NCBI GenBank assembly: GCA_964304625.1
Contig: OZ199840.1
Coordinates: 1,380,733 to 1,444,732, forward strand
Direction: 5' to 3'
Source of the DNA: Kudoa neothunni
Lineage: Eukaryota > Animalia > Cnidaria
Length of the DNA stretch: 64,000 nt
The position numbers and the translations under genes are program-made. Every line of letters begins with the position of its first letter. Positions within the stretch are counted from its first letter, which is position 1. Under the pieces are notes generated by a model that was not told where the DNA came from, did no database searches, and saw only the letters and a program-made list of their open reading frames with translations. Shown piece by piece: positions 25,286 through 37,883 of this stretch.

Positions 25286-26706
25286 TCATCATTAACTAAT
25301 TTTTTCCGGCTGGATGTTGTTATATGGCAACGCAACACTGGTTTAATGAGTTCTTGATTAAAAGATTGTATATTTCATTTCAAAATTATACCAAAATTTA
25401 AATGAGATTCTATTATTAGATACTACATAAAATAGTAGTAGTATCCAATTTATTGGCTTATGAAAATGTAACATAAATTGTAACTTTTTTATAATAAGCA
25501 GAGAACATTATTTTTTTAAATTTGCGTCATAGTTATTATTATATTTCCATTTTTAAAAAATAAATATTATTAAATAGTAAGTACTGTTTTCAAAAATATA
25601 TTTAGATTATTATTCATTTAGTTTTATTAAATTAATTATTTCTGTGCTTAGAAAATATATTCCAATTATGTGATTTTCGGTCATGAAAGGGTTAAAATAA
25701 TGTGGAACTATTTTTTCTATTGAAAACTATTAATAGAACTTTCAAAGTGAATTTATTAGTTAAATATAAAATCGCTACTTTCTGGATGTTTTTGAAGCTT
25801 TTTAAAGCAAGTTTATTATCAATTGAAACAATATTTTGAAATATATTTGACTATCAAAGGTTTCATATATGTCATACATGTCTGTCTATAGGAAAAAAAA
25901 ATTTTCTACACAGTTTGACAACCTGCCTTTATATGCATAAGTAGATTAGATTTAAAATTTAGGCACCCAGGTGTTACCAATTGATATACTGTTGTTATAA
26001 CTCAAAAATCTTACAAATATATTCTACAAAGGATAAAAAAATTACTCAAAAGTATTAATTTATCGATATTAATTTCGGCTGTTTTCGATCCAAAAACTTT
26101 TGCGAGTTAAAAACGAAGTGAATCTCGATATCGTTGCCAATGGAAACATTTAGATTATATCATATCATATTGATAATATGAATAATATATGGCTCTAGAA
26201 CGAGAATAAACGATCAATCGATATTTTTGTTGAACACAACCTAATTAGTTGTTCTATTTAAAATGTATCACCAAATATCTGTGGACCGAATTAAGAGATG
26301 CTTCTACAGTAGCAATTAAAACTTTTGGAAATCAATGCACGAATTTCGTATTGACATTATCAAAAATTTATTAAAGAATAAAAAATTTGATATGGAAAAT
26401 AAAATTAAATCTTTATTATCTCAGCATTTCAATCTTAAGAATAAAATCAGATTATCAACACAACATTATGATAAGTTTATATAATAAATGGGTGTGCCCC
26501 TTGAGAACCCACAAAAAGAATTAGCTGGGATGTCTTTTATGATGCATAATATGTTGGAAGCTAGTTTAAACATTGGCATGTTTTGTAGAGTTCGTGTGGC
26601 TGAAGAAAATAGCGTTAGGTGAATATCAATTAGCTTAAAAGAAGATTATAGAATTATTTCAAAATATCATTTAATAATCGGCTAAAATATTAAATCACAC
26701 AATAAA

Positions 26707-27398
26707 ATGCCTTTAGGAGGTGGACCATCGTGTGCTGCATGCGACAAAACAGTATATTTTTCAGAACAAATAATAATTGAGGGCAAAACATTGCATCAAG
26801 GGTGTAGTCACTGTTGTCATTGTAAATGCAAGCTCGACGCAGGGAATGGACGATTCAAAAATGGTATCAATAGCTATTTTGCCACTTTACCATTAACAAT
26901 AGTTCTAAGATACTGTTAACAAAATCCTAATAAGATTATACTACTTCTGTTAATAACTATTTTTAACTTAGGCGAGTTTATATGTGCTAATTGCGTTCGC
27001 AAACAGTTCGACTATAAACCCAAGATGTCCAAGATTACGGGTTGCTCAAGCGATGCTCCTGATGCCTGCCCTAGATGTGGCAAGAAAGTCTACATGGCTG
27101 AAGAGGTGAGAGCTGTTGGGAAGGTAATAATATGAAATTTTTTGGAGAAATTGTTTGATTGTATTAATTAAGAAATTCCACAAATCCTGCTTCACCTGTT
27201 CAGTGTGCAGCACACGCCTAGATTCGACAACTCTCTGCAACAAAGATGACACAATCTATTGCAAAGGTATCTTGAATTTTAATCTTAAAATTATTATCTG
27301 GGCGATATCATCTAATTGTTTTAGCTTGCTACGCAAAGTCACACGGTCCTAAAGGATACGGATACGGCCAAGGAGCCGGTGCCCTACCATACACCTAA
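26707..27398 (+). CDS. CSRP: Cysteine/glycine-rich two-LIM protein (CSRP/muscle LIM protein family)
   Basis: CAACDKTVYFSE...H..C..C and CPRCGKKVYMAEE...FHKSCFTCSVC LIM domains, with a C-terminal HGPKGYGYGQGAGAL Gly-rich motif. Confidence 0.93.
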
Positions 27399-27782
27399 TG
27401 ATCTTATAACTATCTATAACATCCATATTATATCTAACTGAGAAAGCTATTATTGTTGATTATATTGAGTGATATCGGCTTGATTTTTTTGTTATTCTCT
27501 ATTGTTATTATTATCAGGGGTGAGATCTATAGATAGTTCTTAATCTCTTTTCGAACCAATTACCTACAGATTTCTTTTCGTAAAGTTCACCGAAACAATA
27601 AATACTATCGTAGGTAAACTAATTATTCAATATACCATTTTTCTGTGAAAAAAAAACAAAAGCTACCTAGGCAGCCGGCTGTACCCAGTGATAAGGTATC
27701 AATAGGAGCTGTGAAGTTTTATCAACTGATATTTTTATTAATTTTACAATCAATTGGAAAACATTTTAGGGATAATATTGTA

Positions 27783-28493
27783 ATGATGATTTTCGACAGA
27801 CGTTCAGTTTTTGTTTTTGTGTTACTTGCTATCAACGGTATGTTTTTTTTTTGCTAACCTCATATGAGCTGTAGTAGCATTCAAATTGCACCATATTGGC
27901 CTCATTGAAGCCGCACCAGTTGAAAATGAAGGAACTTCTGGCTCCACTGCGGGAAATTCCCAGAAAGAACCTCGCCATCATATAAATCTGGAAGATGCTG
28001 AAGATGAATTTGATGATTTGGATTCTGAAGGACTAGAGGATGATGACGATGAGGATGATGACGACGATGACCCACCAGAGGGAAATATTCATGATGATCA
28101 ATGTAATATATTGTGAATTTTTATGTCGAATTTGAATTGTGAAATTTTTCTCAATAAAATATATAGTCGCGTTTGGCGATGACGGAAGTGATGATACGAC
28201 TTCAGCTGAAAAAATATATAAACGTGACAATCTCTCTCAAGAACCCTCAGTTCGCGATAATTTTATGGTATGATTTCACTTTGGAGAAACCTTAATCAAA
28301 TTTATGATCACGTTTTTAAGTTGGAAAGTTAAATGGTTTATACCATGATAATAATGCAGTATTGCACATTTAATTCAAATTTTTATACTTAAAATACATA
28401 TGTTTATTTTATTTTATCTAGAAAGGAAACGATAACACAATAAAAGCTGACCAAAAGCTGATAAACACTGCTTCTAGGGCTTCCCCTGTCTAA
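27783..28493 (+). CDS. Small secreted Asp/Glu-rich protein, 4 exons, unknown function
   Basis: Signal-like MMIFDRRSVFVFVLLAIN|AFKLHHIGLIEAAP, a poly-Asp tract, canonical GT-AG introns, and a last exon ending RASPV-stop. Confidence 0.62.
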
Positions 28494-31049
28494 TCTCGAA
28501 ATACGTGACGCATCTATAAACAAGAATATTTTCTCATTTAGATTCTCTATTAGAGTACTCTATAATTATACTACATTCGTTTTTTTAGTATATATTCGAT
28601 TCACTTTCAGTAAATTTATTGTATTTGAAATTCTCAGTTTAATAGTATAATTCTATGTAAGCTCGAGCTCATTAAGCGGTATCAGTCAGTGAGTTTAAGG
28701 ATTTTTCCAATATTAGTGATTATTTTTTAGTTTACATAGTATTAAGTTCTTAATTTTTTTACAAAATCACCCAATAAAGTATTAAACTATACATTTTCAG
28801 GGTGTGATAGGTAATAAACGCGATTATCCAATATTTCTTGACTGCTAAATCACAATTTCGTTTGATATCTAAATTAATTTCAAATTGAATATTTCATAAA
28901 GACATCTTAATTTTTAATTGCAAGAAACATCACAAAACCTTCCCAAAAAATTTAGTTCGAGTAATCTAGATTTAAATGTCCATAAGAAAATAAAAAAATG
29001 ATTATCGATTATTATTATGCTTTATTTGAACGAGATTTCATTATTGAGAATAAGGTATGTAGAATACTTCACTTTCTTTTGCCTAGTACAGTCAATGTTC
29101 GTTATTGCGCACGAAGTGTGAAACACAATTATTTTCTTTAAAAAAACTAATTAACACTTATTTTTAGGAAAAATTGTTATAAAGTACATTTCTAAGTATA
29201 TTTTACAATTTCACATATTCTATCCATCACTAGATAGAAATCATTCAATCCATTCGGGTCTTAAGTTAAAATGTTCAGCGTATTTCTGAGATAGCATTCT
29301 TCAGTTGCTCCGCGTTCAATACATACGTGAGATGGTCATTTTCGTTGTGATTTGCATCACATTGAGAATTTTCATTTCAAATAGTTGGATTGTTCTTATA
29401 TGAATAAATCCAGATTCTATAATTTTACATATTTCCCATGATCTAACTAACTGATGAATAAGGATACAACCGCCTTGTTGGATTTATTAAAACTTTATAA
29501 GTTGAGAATTAAAGATAAGCTTGATAATCTTGTGTATCTAGAATGGTGTTCTCTCTGAATTAATTGCGGTAAATTTTTCTTTTAAATCAAATTTTTGGAA
29601 TTAAATTATAAACAGATTTGGATTTACGTAAGGACCATGGCATATATGAGTGCGCGCATGTTAAGAATGAAGTAGTCATTTTACCTTTAATTTTGAAATT
29701 TTGAGATTTCATCTTATATAATCGTTTACATTTATATTTATTTTAATTTTTTGACCAATGATGCAATTAGATTCTATCACAGTCGAAGAAAGCAATAAAA
29801 TATTTTTATAAAAAACCAGTTTAAAAATATTAATTTTTAATTATGACGAAAAAACATGATAATTAATCTAAAATATGCAATTCGTCCCAATATATTATTC
29901 GCTTTTAATGCTTATCATTTATAATTATAGGCATTTTTTCGGTATTTGTCAGCAATCTTAATTATATTATTTAAATTTTTACAATTAAACATCATTTTCA
30001 ATAATCGATAACGATATTTTAGTTTATAAATTTTTTTAGCGGTTTTACCTTGTTAAATTTAAAAGGGATTTAATTAATAATGGAAGATAGTTACCATCGG
30101 ATTTTTTAAACCGTTGTTTCCCATATTATAATAATACAAATATATACATCATTTATAATACAAAATATAGCACCTATAACAAAAAAATTAAAACAATGTT
30201 TAACATAATTATTAAACTCGTTTGAAATTACTTATTTTCATCATAATAACCAACAAATCCACTTACAATACCAATATCTTAACATAACTTTTTATTTTTA
30301 TTTGTTTATAACTTAATTCATTAGTGAAAATATTATTCTCAAAGATTCATTTAAACTGCAAAAAATATCCATATAACGCTAGTGCTCACTTTGGGAGAAT
30401 TTAAAATGGTACAAAATAATAATTCTGCATCATATAACCATTAGATTGCGCAGACACAAAACAAAACTAGTCATATTTCAAGATTAATGTAATGTATGAT
30501 TATTTTCTTTATGTCATGCTTTAAACAATTTTCCCACTATTTATAAGACGCTCTGCATAGGAGATTAAATTAATTATGAAGCGTTAGTAGGCTACAAAAC
30601 AGAGTCCCCCATAATGCATCAATATCGGCTATTTAGCATTAAGGAAGAATTTAATGGTACAAAAATTAAAATTAAACATATTTCATCCGAAAAAAAGTAA
30701 TTTGGAAAATAAACCCCACTTTAAAAGAGGAAATCGCAAGTTAGATTGATCCTAGCGGATAGCAACGGCGGAAGGGTTCTCGTACACAATCTGAAACAAG
30801 AGATTAACTCTTGAAATTTGATTTGTAAATTCTCTTTGGTCAGACATATTTCGTTATCATAAAGAGAAAACTGGGCAACCTTGAATGCGCAGACGCAAAT
30901 ACTACACACTATTTTGAACCATGTCATGTACAGGTGATCTACACATAAGTTAATCAGTTAATTTCCAAGCATATATTTTAGCTATAAGTTGAACGGATGT
31001 CGCATTATAATATGTGTGATTATTTTTTGCAAATTTCTTTAAGAGAACC

Positions 31050-32330
31050 TAATTTTCGCCTATACGTTATACATAGTATCGGTAATGCGTGTCACATTAG
31101 GCATGTGGCATTCGATGTCATTCTCAATATTACTTTGATTAACATGTAATTTTTCAAAAAATGTTGAAAGACCTGAATGACATTGATCAAATTTATCGCG
31201 ATACTGACGGTTAAACGTTTCTGCGTTGTTTGAAGTTAAGGGTATATCTTCCCGTAACTCTTTCGTACGCGTTCCAACACTCGATAGAATATTTGGTCCT
31301 TTTTAGAAAATGTTTTTCAAAATAATAGAAAAACGGAACAAGATTAATATCTGTAAATTTTTTTGATTTTCTTAGAACCTTCTGATACTCCATTTCTACA
31401 TATTCGGGTGGAACAAATGCTATAGAGGTAACGGCATTTAACTAAAGATATAAATTCGTTATTCTGATTATAAACATTAGCCAAGCCTAAATTTTGGATT
31501 CTTCTAAAAATACGTTGGCAAAAGTATATCTTAGACATTGTTGCTTTTTTAAAAGCAACATATGCAGCCACCTCGAAATCAATAATTATGTAATCTAGGA
31601 AGCTATTATCGAACTTATTTTTAATAATGTTTACTGCCTTCAAATAATCACTCTCTTTCTTCGTTTTCATTATTATGTATACCAGTGGATAAACATTCGA
31701 AAATATTTTTCCATGTATAACATATAGTTGAAGAAATTCTCTTGGGCAGACCTTAAAAGTACCATCCGCAATCATCACTCTCAAATTTTTTAAATGTTCA
31801 AGATTCTCATCAGTAGTCAATAGTACTATTCTGTCTGGGGTTCCCACTCCTGAGTCAAACAGACAAAAATTTTGACCACGAAGCGTCTTTATTTGAAATT
31901 CCAGCAAATTTTTGTGTGGATGTGTTTTTTATTTAAGATTGGTAGATCGTACAATTTTACACTGTTTGTTGCTAATGAATTAATTTTATGGGTGGAATAC
32001 GAACTAAATTTCGATAGATTTTTAATATTGGCCGAAAAAACATCTTTGAAATATCGTTGTCGGATAAAATATGATTATGCTCTTTGACGATTTCAAGCTT
32101 ATCAATTTGATCCAATGGTGGTGACGTCGAAATTTTCTCAGGGCACATCCTGTTTTGACATCTCCTGAGTTGTGAAGTCAGTCTTACCCGAGTAATATTT
32201 AGTGTCAAAGTAATTTTGATAAAACAACGTCTCAGAATTTCTTTGAGTTTCGATTATTCCATACATGGATTCACCAAGTTGCTCCGGCATTATAACCCGC
32301 ATGTTGACCAGTTTTCTCCTTTCCAATTAA
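31050..32330 (-). pseudogene. Mutator-like (MULE) transposase remnant
   Basis: MIADGTFKVCPREFLQLYVIHG, YPLVY, IIIDFEVAA, WNAYER and an N-terminal RC...C...HNH zinc-finger-like segment, spread over several frameshifted ORFs. Confidence 0.9.
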
Positions 32331-32389
32331 AAGTTTAACAGAGGAAATACTTTTATCCTTCTAGCGGAAAATTTATAGTAACGAATGGT

Positions 32390-33066
32390 AAATCCGAAAA
32401 TTCGAAACATGTTTTTGTCTGTCAGTGTGTCTGTGTCCACAATTGCGCATATACACTCATTATTTGTGGAGTTTTAACGTATTTGACTTGATAACCACAT
32501 TTTGAAGATTCTATTAATGGTTTTAGATATGATAAAAAATCTATGTATGTTTCATTTAAATCGTCCGCTATGTTGAACTTTCAGTGATGAAATTCAATGC
32601 AGATGGTTGTGTTCTTACTGCATCTAATTATATAAATTATTAATGTTGATATTGAAGTGATTTTCATACGTTTTCTTCTATCTCTATTACATTTTCTATT
32701 TTGTTGTCTCTTAAAAAGTTAATGGTTCACACAGTTTCCGAGCTGGGCCAAAAAATAACGTTTTAGATAACACTCTAACGGGATTTAAATAATTCGGGAA
32801 TGAAAAAATGCGATGCTGACTTTAAATTATTCAGCGTTGGTGCCGAGTCACGAAATTTTTAAATGAACTCCGGCATTGGAACACCCCTTCAAAGAAATGA
32901 CCATAGTTTAAATTTCATAATCCAAATCGTTAAAGTATGCTGCTTAAGAATTTTGGTTATTTTGCATCTATGGGTTAATTTTAGACTTTAATATATTTTT
33001 CGAATATTGTTAAGAAACGTATCTATGCGAAATCTCCATCAAGCAACGCTGGGCAGTTCCCGCTAG
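32390..33066 (+). mobile_element. Possible non-autonomous Helitron-like element
   Basis: GTCT/GTGT low-complexity tract near the 5' end. The 3' end GCAACGCTGGGCAGTTCCCGCTAG|T has a short GC hairpin followed by CTAG and a T. Confidence 0.4.
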
Positions 33067-34796
33067 TAATCTAATAAAAACCTTAATTTTAAGCCGATAA
33101 TGTAATCCTTTACTGAAATAAACGTTATTTGTTTATTTAAAAAATATCACAGGTATTATAAAATTTATTCCCCCTATTTATTGATTATTTTGAAAGTAAT
33201 TTACCATTATCCTTTAATAAAAAGTCTGTTTATACATGACAATATTTTAAATGTGTTTAGACAGCGTTTGCTTATCAGCTATTTGGGATGCGATATTCTG
33301 GAAATTAGAAACCTCATTGTAATAACGCTTTGGCTCATAATTTTTTAAAAATTGTGGAAATTAGCTAAGTTCCATCTACTGCATCTTTGTTCATATTCAT
33401 CATTCAAATCACTCAAAAATGACAGTTTATTTTGTGCTTTAACAAGTAGAAACAAAACACCAAAGTTGGTTTAGATTAAAATTAAGTTTTTTAGATGATA
33501 ATTAATAAATTCATCAATTTATTGATGATTTTTGTCTTTTCTAGCATCTTCTTACCTTATTAAATATTTCTTTACTCAACTTTCATTATTCATTTTGAAT
33601 GATTTCGATTATATACGGAAAATTTCCTAGATCAGCTAAAGTAGTGGTCAGTCACGATTTAGCCATTATTTTACTGGGGGGTTACAATATCGCAGGAAGA
33701 TTCACACTCAATGTTAAATAGGTGTCTAATGTTGGCTTGAAAGTAATTAATCTGTTCGATATTTTCGCGTCGTTTATAAACTAATAATTGTGTGATATTT
33801 TTTAACTTTTAATTAATTTTTAAACAAAAATTGAGTTTTAACAAACAATTTAAAACATAATTATAAACAGATTATATAGTTATTAAATAATTTCATCATT
33901 CATATAACATGGTTTTTTTAAATAGGAGTAATTGGAGATCATGCTCTTAAAATATTTGCATAGAATATTATTGGTTATGTAAACAATATAGAAAATCGGA
34001 AATTGAAATTATCTAGATAAACTAATTGCGCATTTATTACAAAGTTACAATCATAAAAAGCTTGTAAGAAAAATTTTTAATTGAAAAAAAATGTTCAAAA
34101 ATAAAAATGAAACGAATTATATATAAGGATTAAATAAATTAATATGTTTCTTGAATTATACCAGATATCCTTGCGATTTTTACCCCACATATATCAATAT
34201 TATAATATCCAAGTTTTTGATTAGAGTAAAGCATGAAATAAAGCCTCTACCTAATGCGGTAAATCACATGTTACGATTTCTTTCCCTTAAAAGACATATA
34301 TTATTGACTGTATATCTTATCTTCAATTACTAAATATACTTTATAAATTACAGGATGCAATAAGAATAAGACTTCTGAGTTATCAATAATAAAGACTCTT
34401 CTACAAACACTAGTTTATATCTACTCATATTCCTAATAAAAACAATATTTACCGTCTTACCTTTAAATAATAAATTATTATTAAATAAAAGTATTATTTC
34501 ATGCATTTTGCTTCAATATATCCTTATATTAAAAATTTAAGATTAACGTAGAAAATTGATATTATATGATCAAAATAAAATAATTTTTTATTATTTCATA
34601 AATCAAAACTAATGACTTCAGGTATATCAAACTTTTCTTCCATATTTTATCAATAGTTTATCTAATTTTATAAAATATACTAAAAATTCGTCGAATCACG
34701 TGATATCAATGAAAGAATTATAACTAAGAAAAAAAGCTAATATATAAATTTTTTATGTGAATTCTGAGTTTCATCCAATCCGTTATAATGTATGAA

Positions 34797-34806
34797 TGCG
34801 CGCGCA
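34797..34806. promoter_or_regulatory. Palindromic TGCGCGCGCA putative promoter element 10 bp upstream of the SMU1 ATG
   Basis: A CG-rich palindrome in an AT-rich background. Related motifs precede AIMP1, TSFM, POLA2, AARS1 and E2F. An E-box TCACGTGA lies at about 34696. Confidence 0.55.
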
Positions 34807-34816
34807 CCAAGTAGAG

Positions 34817-36889
34817 ATGTCCATAGAAATCGATGGTTCTGAGTAATTTGAACAATTATATATTTTTTAACTTTGATTTTAGTGTGATTCATCTCATCGA
34901 ACAATACTTGAAAGAGAATAATCTATTGAAATCTTTGGAGGCGCTCCAAGTAATGGAATAATTGTTGATTTTATGAAAACCTATTATTAATTATTAAAGG
35001 AGGAAACAGGGATTTCACTTAATACCATTGACAACGTGGAAAATTTTGTGAAGGATATTCGCAATGGGCATTGGGATGTAGTGCTGCAATCGCTACAAAA
35101 TCTTAAAGTTCCAAACGAAAAATTATTTGACGTTTATGAACAGGTGAAACAGTTTTTTGGAGTTAAAACAAACGAATTGATTTCAGATAATTTTCGAGTT
35201 AGTGGAACTTAGAGAGATAGAAACAGCCAGACTGTTGCTAAGGAAAACTCAACCAATGGAGTTGATGCGATTTTCCAACAAAGATCGTTTTAAAAAATTA
35301 GAAAATGTCATCAATAAAACATTTTTTGATCCAAAAGATGTATTGATATAATTAATCCAATTATTTTTATAAATTAACATTAAAGATATATCCATCTGGA
35401 GTGAATAAAGAAAAACGGCGCCAAATAATAGCTCAAAGTTTTATTAATATTTAAAATTTCGTTTCTATAAATGGCGATAGATTTAAGAGAGGAAATCAAT
35501 ATAGTTGCTCCATCTAGATTGTTATCATTATTATCACAAGCGCTAAAATATCAACAAGGAAGGGGGATTTTACCTCCATGCCAATATTTGGATTTGTTTC
35601 GAAATAAACCTCTCGTTAAGTCAAACGTCGTGGAAACCTATCCAACTGAAATGTCAAAAGAAATAAAAGTGTTTTAATACAACCATTTAAATCAGATTTT
35701 AAATTGATGATGATGATGATGATAGTTTGCAAAAGATGTTTATCCGGTGGTTGTTAAATTTTCTCCAGACGGCCAATATTTGGTTAGTGGTAGTTCAGAC
35801 GGTTTTATTGAGGTTTGGAACTATCAAACCGGCCAACTACGTACCGACCTAATCTATCAACAACAGGTTTCTTCTTGTGTGGAAAAGACGATCCTATTAC
35901 TACTTGATTCTTGGTTTTTGTTAGGACAGTTTTATGCTCATGGATACAACAATTACCTCTCTTTCATTTTCAAGTGACTCGGACATGTTATTGTCTGGTG
36001 ACAAAAATGGAAAAATCAATGTGCATTATATCATTAATTGATTTAATACTTATGCAAACTCTAGATATGGTATATTGAAAGTGGAAGTATTTATAAACGA
36101 TTCGATAAGGCTCATCAAGGAGGTGTCAATGTTGCTCTATTCAATCGAGACCAATCTCATGTTGTTTCTGGAGGATGTGATGGTATAATTAGGTTGGTCG
36201 AACTTAAAAATGTGCTCTCGCTCTATTACCACACTCTAGAATCCATGGTATGAAGAGTGGAAGATGTCTTCGTGAATTTGTTGGTCACACATCTTATGTG
36301 AATGATATTCTGATTACGAATGACGGTATCAATTTGATTTCCTGTTCCAGCGACGGAAATCTAAAGATATGGTCCTATCGAAGTGGCGAATGTATAAACA
36401 CTATTCATGGTAGTGCTGGCGTTGACAACCCTGTCAATTGTCTTCAATGGATTACTGAGAACTATTTTGTGGTTTGTTGTAGGTCTTCATTGCTTTATAT
36501 AATGAGCGTTACTGGAGAGGTATTTGATTTTTTGAAGGCTCGATTAAATAAATATTTAGATTGTGAACAGTTTCAAAACTGAGAAACAACTCAAAGTAAC
36601 CGAGTATTTGTGTGGAGTAATATCTCCTATGCACAGATGGTACTATGCGGTGGATCAAGGCAATCAGCTTCATTGTTTCAATGTGCAGCAAGAAATTAGT
36701 ACTTTGAGTGGTGCGAATTCTTCTGAACAATCAGTCAAAACCAGCGCCATCTACAAATTCACATCTACTTACGAATTTTCCATGAGACTTCATGAGAAAG
36801 ACACTCTTTCTTTGTGCCATCACCCCAACCAAAATATAATGTGCACCGCGAGTAAAGATGGATTGGTTAGAATTTGGACCGCCGTTTAG
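34817..36889 (+). CDS. SMU1: WD40 repeat splicing factor SMU1, about 11 exons
   Basis: MSIEIDGSD|[12 protein letters not shown] (LisH), NGHWDVVL (CTLH), [49 protein letters not shown] and HHPNQN. Confidence 0.96.
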
Positions 36890-36999
36890 ACACCAAATTT
36901 ATTACCTTTATTGTTCTATAAAATTCAGTTTGCCATTTTTGATTATTCGTTAGAATAGTTCTCATTTAAACAACTTTAAACTTGCGCTTAGATTGTTTC

Positions 37000-37760
37000 C
37001 GCTGTCGCCAAAATTGAGAGGTTATAACATCTTCATTAGGTAGGTGTTAACATCTCGAGTGCTTGTGGGGTCTATAAGACAATAAACTATATTGTAATTA
37101 AATTTTCGGCAAATTTATTGAATAAAATAGTCGTAACTTTGTACTTGTCTCAAAAAATTATTTTACGCGCTCATGATATAATTTTTGCAATTAGTTTTAT
37201 ATTAAAAAGAATAAATGACATTTATACAATTCTTACTGTTGGGATCCATTGGGCCTATGAGTTAATCGATAAACCAATTCAAAAAAATGATGCAAAGTTC
37301 ATACTGTAGTATTTTTATTGACATAATCTTCACATTCATTTAGACACAAAGATTTGTTGTAGAATTGTTATTATTATCTGTGCTATCAACACTTTATAAA
37401 AATCAATACTCGTCGCAGCAATGGAAGATTTCTATGTTCGCACATGTGTATGTAAGAAAAGTTTATTAAATTTTGACAGTTTTTAATCGACCAATTCCAC
37501 TCACATTTTTTGAATTTAGATAAGGTATCAAACTGTTGTCAAATATTAAAAATTCCGGAATCTAATTGATTCCTTTCTACTTTGATGGCGTTCCCGTTAT
37601 AAAAATTTACTGAAATCATTTATAAACTAATATACAATGAAGAAATTGCAAATGTATGACCTTAGTTTTGTCCTAACCTCTTGAGAAATATGCACCACAA
37701 TTTCTTTTGGATTACAAATCACCCGATTTTACATGATCTCGGAGGTTTAAAATCTGTTTA
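37000..37760 (-). pseudogene. Decayed Kunitz-like exons downstream of the Kunitz gene
   Basis: Fragments such as NN.FYNKSLCLNEC and GPMDPNSKNCINVIY, with stops and frameshifts. Confidence 0.4.
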
Positions 37761-37883
37761 TTGAAGAAAATAAGGTGAATTAACACAAAAAATACGTCAT
37801 ATAAATCATCGATATTATTTATAATATAATATTTTGTTTTATTAGATATATAAATTCTTCTCAATGTTTCGAGATAATTTATT

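Noticed and set aside
25670-25695. piggyBac-like end CATGAAAGGGTTAA
   Set aside because: No matching left terminus was identified, so no element can be delimited.
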